DNA from: Azolla caroliniana
Lineage: Eukaryota > Plantae > Polypodiophyta
DNA length: 64,000 nt
Assembly: GCA_043228905.1 (NCBI GenBank)
Contig: JBHGNT010000012.1
Span: 3,224,001-3,288,000, forward strand
Direction: 5' to 3'
Shown: positions 59,588-64,000 of the stretch, in pieces
Numbering within the stretch: the stretch's first letter is position 1
Layout: every line of letters starts with the position of its first letter
The notes under the pieces: model-generated
Seen by the model: the letters and a program-made list of their open reading frames with translations, nothing else
What the model was told of the DNA's origin: nothing
Databases searched by the model: none
Position numbers and translations under genes: made by a program

Positions 59588-62221
59588 CCAGAATCCGATC
59601 ATAGGAATTTATGTATTGATCTCAAATGCATGCATAGGTTTGATTGTGAGAAGATCATTAAAGATAGTAAACAAACGCACTTGAGCATGAATCTTAAGCG
59701 AGCGCCCATGTATTCCTAGATGGTTGAGGATATGTTACAAATGAAAAAGACACAACATGGTGCCACGTTAGAATGCAAATGGGAAGCTTTTAAGAAGGTC
59801 ATTCTCTCTTATACAAACAAATGTTTTTCAACCAACCGCACATCATGGAAATGCACCAAGAAATGTAAGAAAAAATGGTTTGATAAAGAATGTCATGAAG
59901 CTCGAAAGTAGTTTTGGATGTAGTTAAGGATAAAGAAAATTACCAAAAGCATTTGCATGACTATAAATGTATTATTCAAAGAAAGACACGAACATGGGAA
60001 GTTAGTCAACAACTTCTCCAAACGCAAGAGAAAGCACATGCATGTGCTAAATTTTGGGGAAATCTAAAGGGGAAACATGTTGAGAGTTATGGTGACTAAA
60101 CTCTTCATGACTTGTCTATGCATTGTAAGAATTGATAAGAGTTATCTCTTGCTGGAAAGATCATGTGTTATGGTTCTCTTTCACATATGTCTCCCTTCTT
60201 TACAATTGAAGATATATGCATAGAACTTAAGAAATTAGCCTCTCGAAAGGCAAGCAATCTTCAATGTATAAAAGCTTAAATGCTCAAATGGATGGGAAAG
60301 GAAGCACATACATGGATATGTGATATGTTTAATGATCCATTGCAACATGGTATGCCATATGATTGGACTACAAATTGGATCAAACCTTTACATAAAGGCG
60401 GAGATGTAAATAATATAAACAACTATGGAACCATCATGGTTGGCTCATTAATGGCAAAACTATTTGGATGTATAATGGAATCAAAGATAAGTGTATGGGC
60501 AGAAAAAAATGGTAAGAGAGCTTATGGACAAGCTGGTTTTCGAAAACACCATAGCACCATTGATCATCTTGTCACTCTTCGAGTATTAATGGAGGAAAAT
60601 CATCTTCGAGTATATTGTTGCTTTGTAGACTTCAAGAAAGCTTTTGATATGGTACCTCGTGAGCATCTTTGGAGGCGGATGGAATAACTTGAGGTGCCAA
60701 GTGAATATATGCTTGCAATTTCCCAAATATATGAGAAGGTTATATGTTGTGTGTGTATGAGAGATAGACTTTCAGATTTTTTCAATAGCAATATTGGTGT
60801 TAAGCAAGGAAGGATGCCCACTCTCACCAACATTATTTGGTCTATGTATTTATGAATTAGAAGAAATGGTTACCAAGTTTGTAAAGGAGGAATGTGTTGA
60901 AGAAGTTGCCATTGGGAATGTTGTGATTATGCTTTTGTTATATGAGGATGATGTAGTGCTTTTTGCAAATACTTTAGGAGATGCACAAAAGCTTATGAAG
61001 GCATTGGAAAAATTTTGCATGCATACTAGATTAAGTGTCAATAACTCTAAAACAAAGATTATGCTTGTGAAGAGTCAAAAAAGAGATAAACCATGCATTA
61101 TGTACAACAATGAGCCACTTGAATGTGTGTAAAGCTTCAAATATCTTGGCCTTGAAGTTCCTTCAAATCACAAATGGAATGAATGTGCTACACACCGCTT
61201 AGAGGTGGGTAAGCGAGCATATTATGCATTTGAGGACACATGCAATCTTGGAGATATTAATTGTTGGGTCCTCAAGAAATATCTTTTTGACATTTTGGTG
61301 ACCCTGGTTCTTCTCTATGGGGTGGAAGTATGGGGCGGTAGCATACCTAAATCTATGTGGAAGGAGTTTGAAAATGTCCAAAAACATTTTCTTACAAAGT
61401 TTCTACAAGTTAAGAAACAAACGCCCTACACCCTCCTCCTCCTCCTTGAGATGGGATCACTTCCCATTGAGATCATGGCCATGGAAAGGGTTGTTGAATA
61501 CATGCTTACGGTTCAAAAAAACCCCTCACATCGACTTCCTAAAATTGCATGGGAAGCAAGCAAAAAGATCCAAAAGATGCATAAAAGCAAATTTTTGTGT
61601 TCTGGTTGGATGCAAGATTTAGAAAAATGGTTTGGTAGATGGGATGCAGACACTTGCTTCATGATGCATCACTAGATTCCTCTGTAAATGAGGCCTTTTT
61701 GCCACGCCAATGTATCATGACATGGAACAAATGTGGTGGCTCACGCTTCACACATTATACCACAAATGGTGCACCTAACTACAAAACCATATTCTTCACG
61801 GAACAGGGAAGCCATACACATCGATACATGTTAGAGCCCATCCTGATATTTGCCATTCGAACCATTGCTTCCATGTGAGTTAGCTCGCACGCATTGAGAT
61901 GTGAGACAGGGAGTTGGGGAACAAGTGATGAGAGTATCCGACTATGCACACTTAGCCCTAAACAAGTTCGAGAGTCTAAGTATCACACTTTGATACAATG
62001 CTCTGCCTTTGATCATATTCGACCATGCTTTCCACATCTCTTCGATCAAGCCCAATCCTTGCACAAATTTCTCTCACAACCACGATGTGCACTCTCGATT
62101 GCAACATTCATTGGTAAAGTTCTTGAACATCGAGAGTCTCTACTCACCTTCACACGTATCACGTGAAATGTAATATTTTTGGTCTCATAGGTCATATTTG
62201 ACCTCCAAAGATGATGATATA

Positions 62222-62253
<32 letters not shown>

Positions 62254-62893
62254 CTCCTAATAGCTGGCCCTTTTTCAATATTTTTGGTTCTAGATCCTTC
62301 CGATCCTTCTGCGTACTGCGAGACCACTGAGGCAAATCTGGACCATCTCGTCTTCATCCATGTCACGTTGATGGACTCGAGCGCGTCACAGATCTCCTTG
62401 ATCTCGGTGGTGTAGTTGGTAACCGATATGTCCCTTTGTCGGATATTGTTAAGCTCTTGCTGGAGCTACAACTTCTGAGTCGTGGTACTTGCTGACAAAA
62501 TCTTCTGAGATTTTCCTAGGCCTCCTTCGGAGACTTTGCGTCTCTAATGTAGCCGAACATCTGGTCGTGCACACATGACGCGAGGCAGTACAACACTTTG
62601 CTCGCTCCATGTTCGCATGTTGGGAAGTCCTTTTGTGACGAATCCGGCGTTGCTACATTTGCTCCTTCTATGTAGCTCCAATATCCGTGCCCCAACAGGT
62701 ACTGGTGCATTTTATACGACCAGGACGCATAGTTGCTCCGATTCAGCTTTTCTGTAGGATGCGAGCTCACCATACTTTTGTCCATATTTCTTCAACCTGT
62801 TCTTTTCGGTCTGTGCTTTTCCGGAAATTAGGCTTCGTCTATGGAAATCTCTTGTCAGCAGTAGAGGTTCTCAACCCTCACGCTCTAATACCA

Positions 62894-63353
62894 TGTCAAA
62901 GTTCATATGCGGAAGCTTTGACAAACCGGTTTACCCAGATAGCAATAGAAAATATGCACAGGTTTAATGGAAGCTTGAATCACACAAAAAGAGAGTGGGA
63001 GAGAAAAAGAGAGTAGAACAACATAAACTCGATTAAAAAAAATGACACTCTGTACATACAAATGTCCTATAGATCACTTTTTATACAAGTCCTTAAAAGG
63101 ACTGATAGAATTATTGACAAGTACTTCAATGCTCATACGAACGCCTGACACTCACGCCAAGGAATATGCCTACGTACTAGGCTAAGGTTGTAGACCTCTA
63201 ATGGCCTATTGGTTACAATCCAGTTCGTCTCTCTGATCCGGTTCTTGGTTCCGGATACCGATCCGGATACCTATCCGGTTCTCCGTTCCGGATACTGATC
63301 CGGTTCCGACTTATTCAGCCGATTCGGATCCGATGGAGCTTGTCAGCTCAACA
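62894..63353 (-). repeat. 5' LTR of Copia A (460 bp)
   Basis: TGTCAAAG...GCTCAACA, adjacent to the iMet-type PBS, similar to Copia B LTRs. Confidence 0.88.
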
Positions 63354-64000
63354 GTTTGAGATTCAATAATGTTACTTGATGATATTTCAAATTGTTGTAT
63401 ATAGTGAAACAATTGTTTCAGTTGATGATATTTCAAATTATTTCATGTAGTGAAGCAATTGTTTCACGACAATGCTCGAAGAGAATGTCTTCTTATTCTA
63501 TTTGGAAGATTGCATCCATGGATGATGGAGGTATCATGCCCATATATATATATGATCGATGGATGATGGAGGTTGCATGCTCATACAAGCCTTCATATAT
63601 ATATATATATATATATATTGATGGATTCCAAATAATATACTTCATGTTTTTTGGATCTTGACAATAATCAAAATCCCTTTGTGAAGATTGAATGCAAAGA
63701 GCTTGATGATAGCAAGAATATGTACTAGTGGTTAATCTCATTTGTAAATGTTGATTCCAATGCATGTGTTCTCAAAACTAAAAAGAAAAATATTCACAAG
63801 AAGTAGATGTTGGTCATAAACTACTTGTCTAAACCTTGGAATATGAATACAATGGCAAGGCGCATGATGACGAAAATATTTCTTGTGGTTTAAATACTAC
63901 AATTATTGATGAATATGCTAACATACACATCTAGACATTACATAATTTCGTACATGTCATTACGTCATGATTATTTTGATAATTGATCAATGCAATAAAA

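Larger units (their letters stand above)
57980..62254 (+). mobile_element. Non-LTR retrotransposon (LINE, RTE/RTEX-like), degenerate, inserted in the chromovirus 3' LTR
   Basis: APE motifs GDMNART, SVIDY, SDH; RT QAGFR, FVDFKKAFD, GCPLSPTLF, YEDDVV; C-terminal Cys/His motif; (CTAT)n tail 62223-62252. Confidence 0.9.
18259..62262 (+). mobile_element. Tcn1-like chromovirus remnant enclosing 44 kb of nested elements
   Basis: LTR starts TGTCATGATATG at 18259 and 57728; chromodomain and PPT at 57477-57727; TSD GCTGG at 18254-18258 and 62263-62267. Confidence 0.8.
13420..63353 (-). mobile_element. Copia element A, split by nested insertions: pol 13420-18258, gag and 5' LTR 62263-63353
   Basis: RNase H, RT, INT and PR fragments at 13743-18250. 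Sequence at 18258 resumes at 62263, collinear with Copia B at ~30866-30940. gag 62516-62785; PBS TGGTATTAGAGC (iMet-type) 62882-62893; LTR 62894-63353. Confidence 0.85.

Overview
Eukaryotic, transposon-saturated heterochromatic window, most likely from a moss such as Physcomitrium (inferred from the element repertoire). Only one probable host gene is visible, a PGG-domain membrane-protein exon at ~6.2-7.2 kb. The rest is a nest of LTR retrotransposons. A Copia element (~13.4-63.35 kb, minus) is split by a 44-kb Tcn1-like chromovirus insertion (18259-62262, TSD GCTGG). That insertion in turn contains a second Copia (19245-32166) with a young Gypsy inside it (20081-27124), an Athila-like Gypsy, a LINE and several solo LTRs. 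It also contains two unusual items. (1) A decayed, intron-containing gene fuses a ParB/Srx-like domain to a beta-class amino-DNA-methyltransferase-like domain and is preceded by a regularly spaced array of 25-bp palindromes. (2) A near-perfect tandem array of 5 LTRs and 4 gag-only internal units (2881-bp period) lies under a single TSD. Cross-cutting signals: all five tRNA-Trp-type Gypsy/solo-LTR insertions have a 4-bp NCGN target duplication, three of their LTR types carry antisense tRNA-like (A/B-box) modules, one chromovirus shows Tf1-type self-priming, and the young Gypsy has a G_GAU_UUU -1 frameshift site. All calls are from reading the sequence by eye; no database searches were run.
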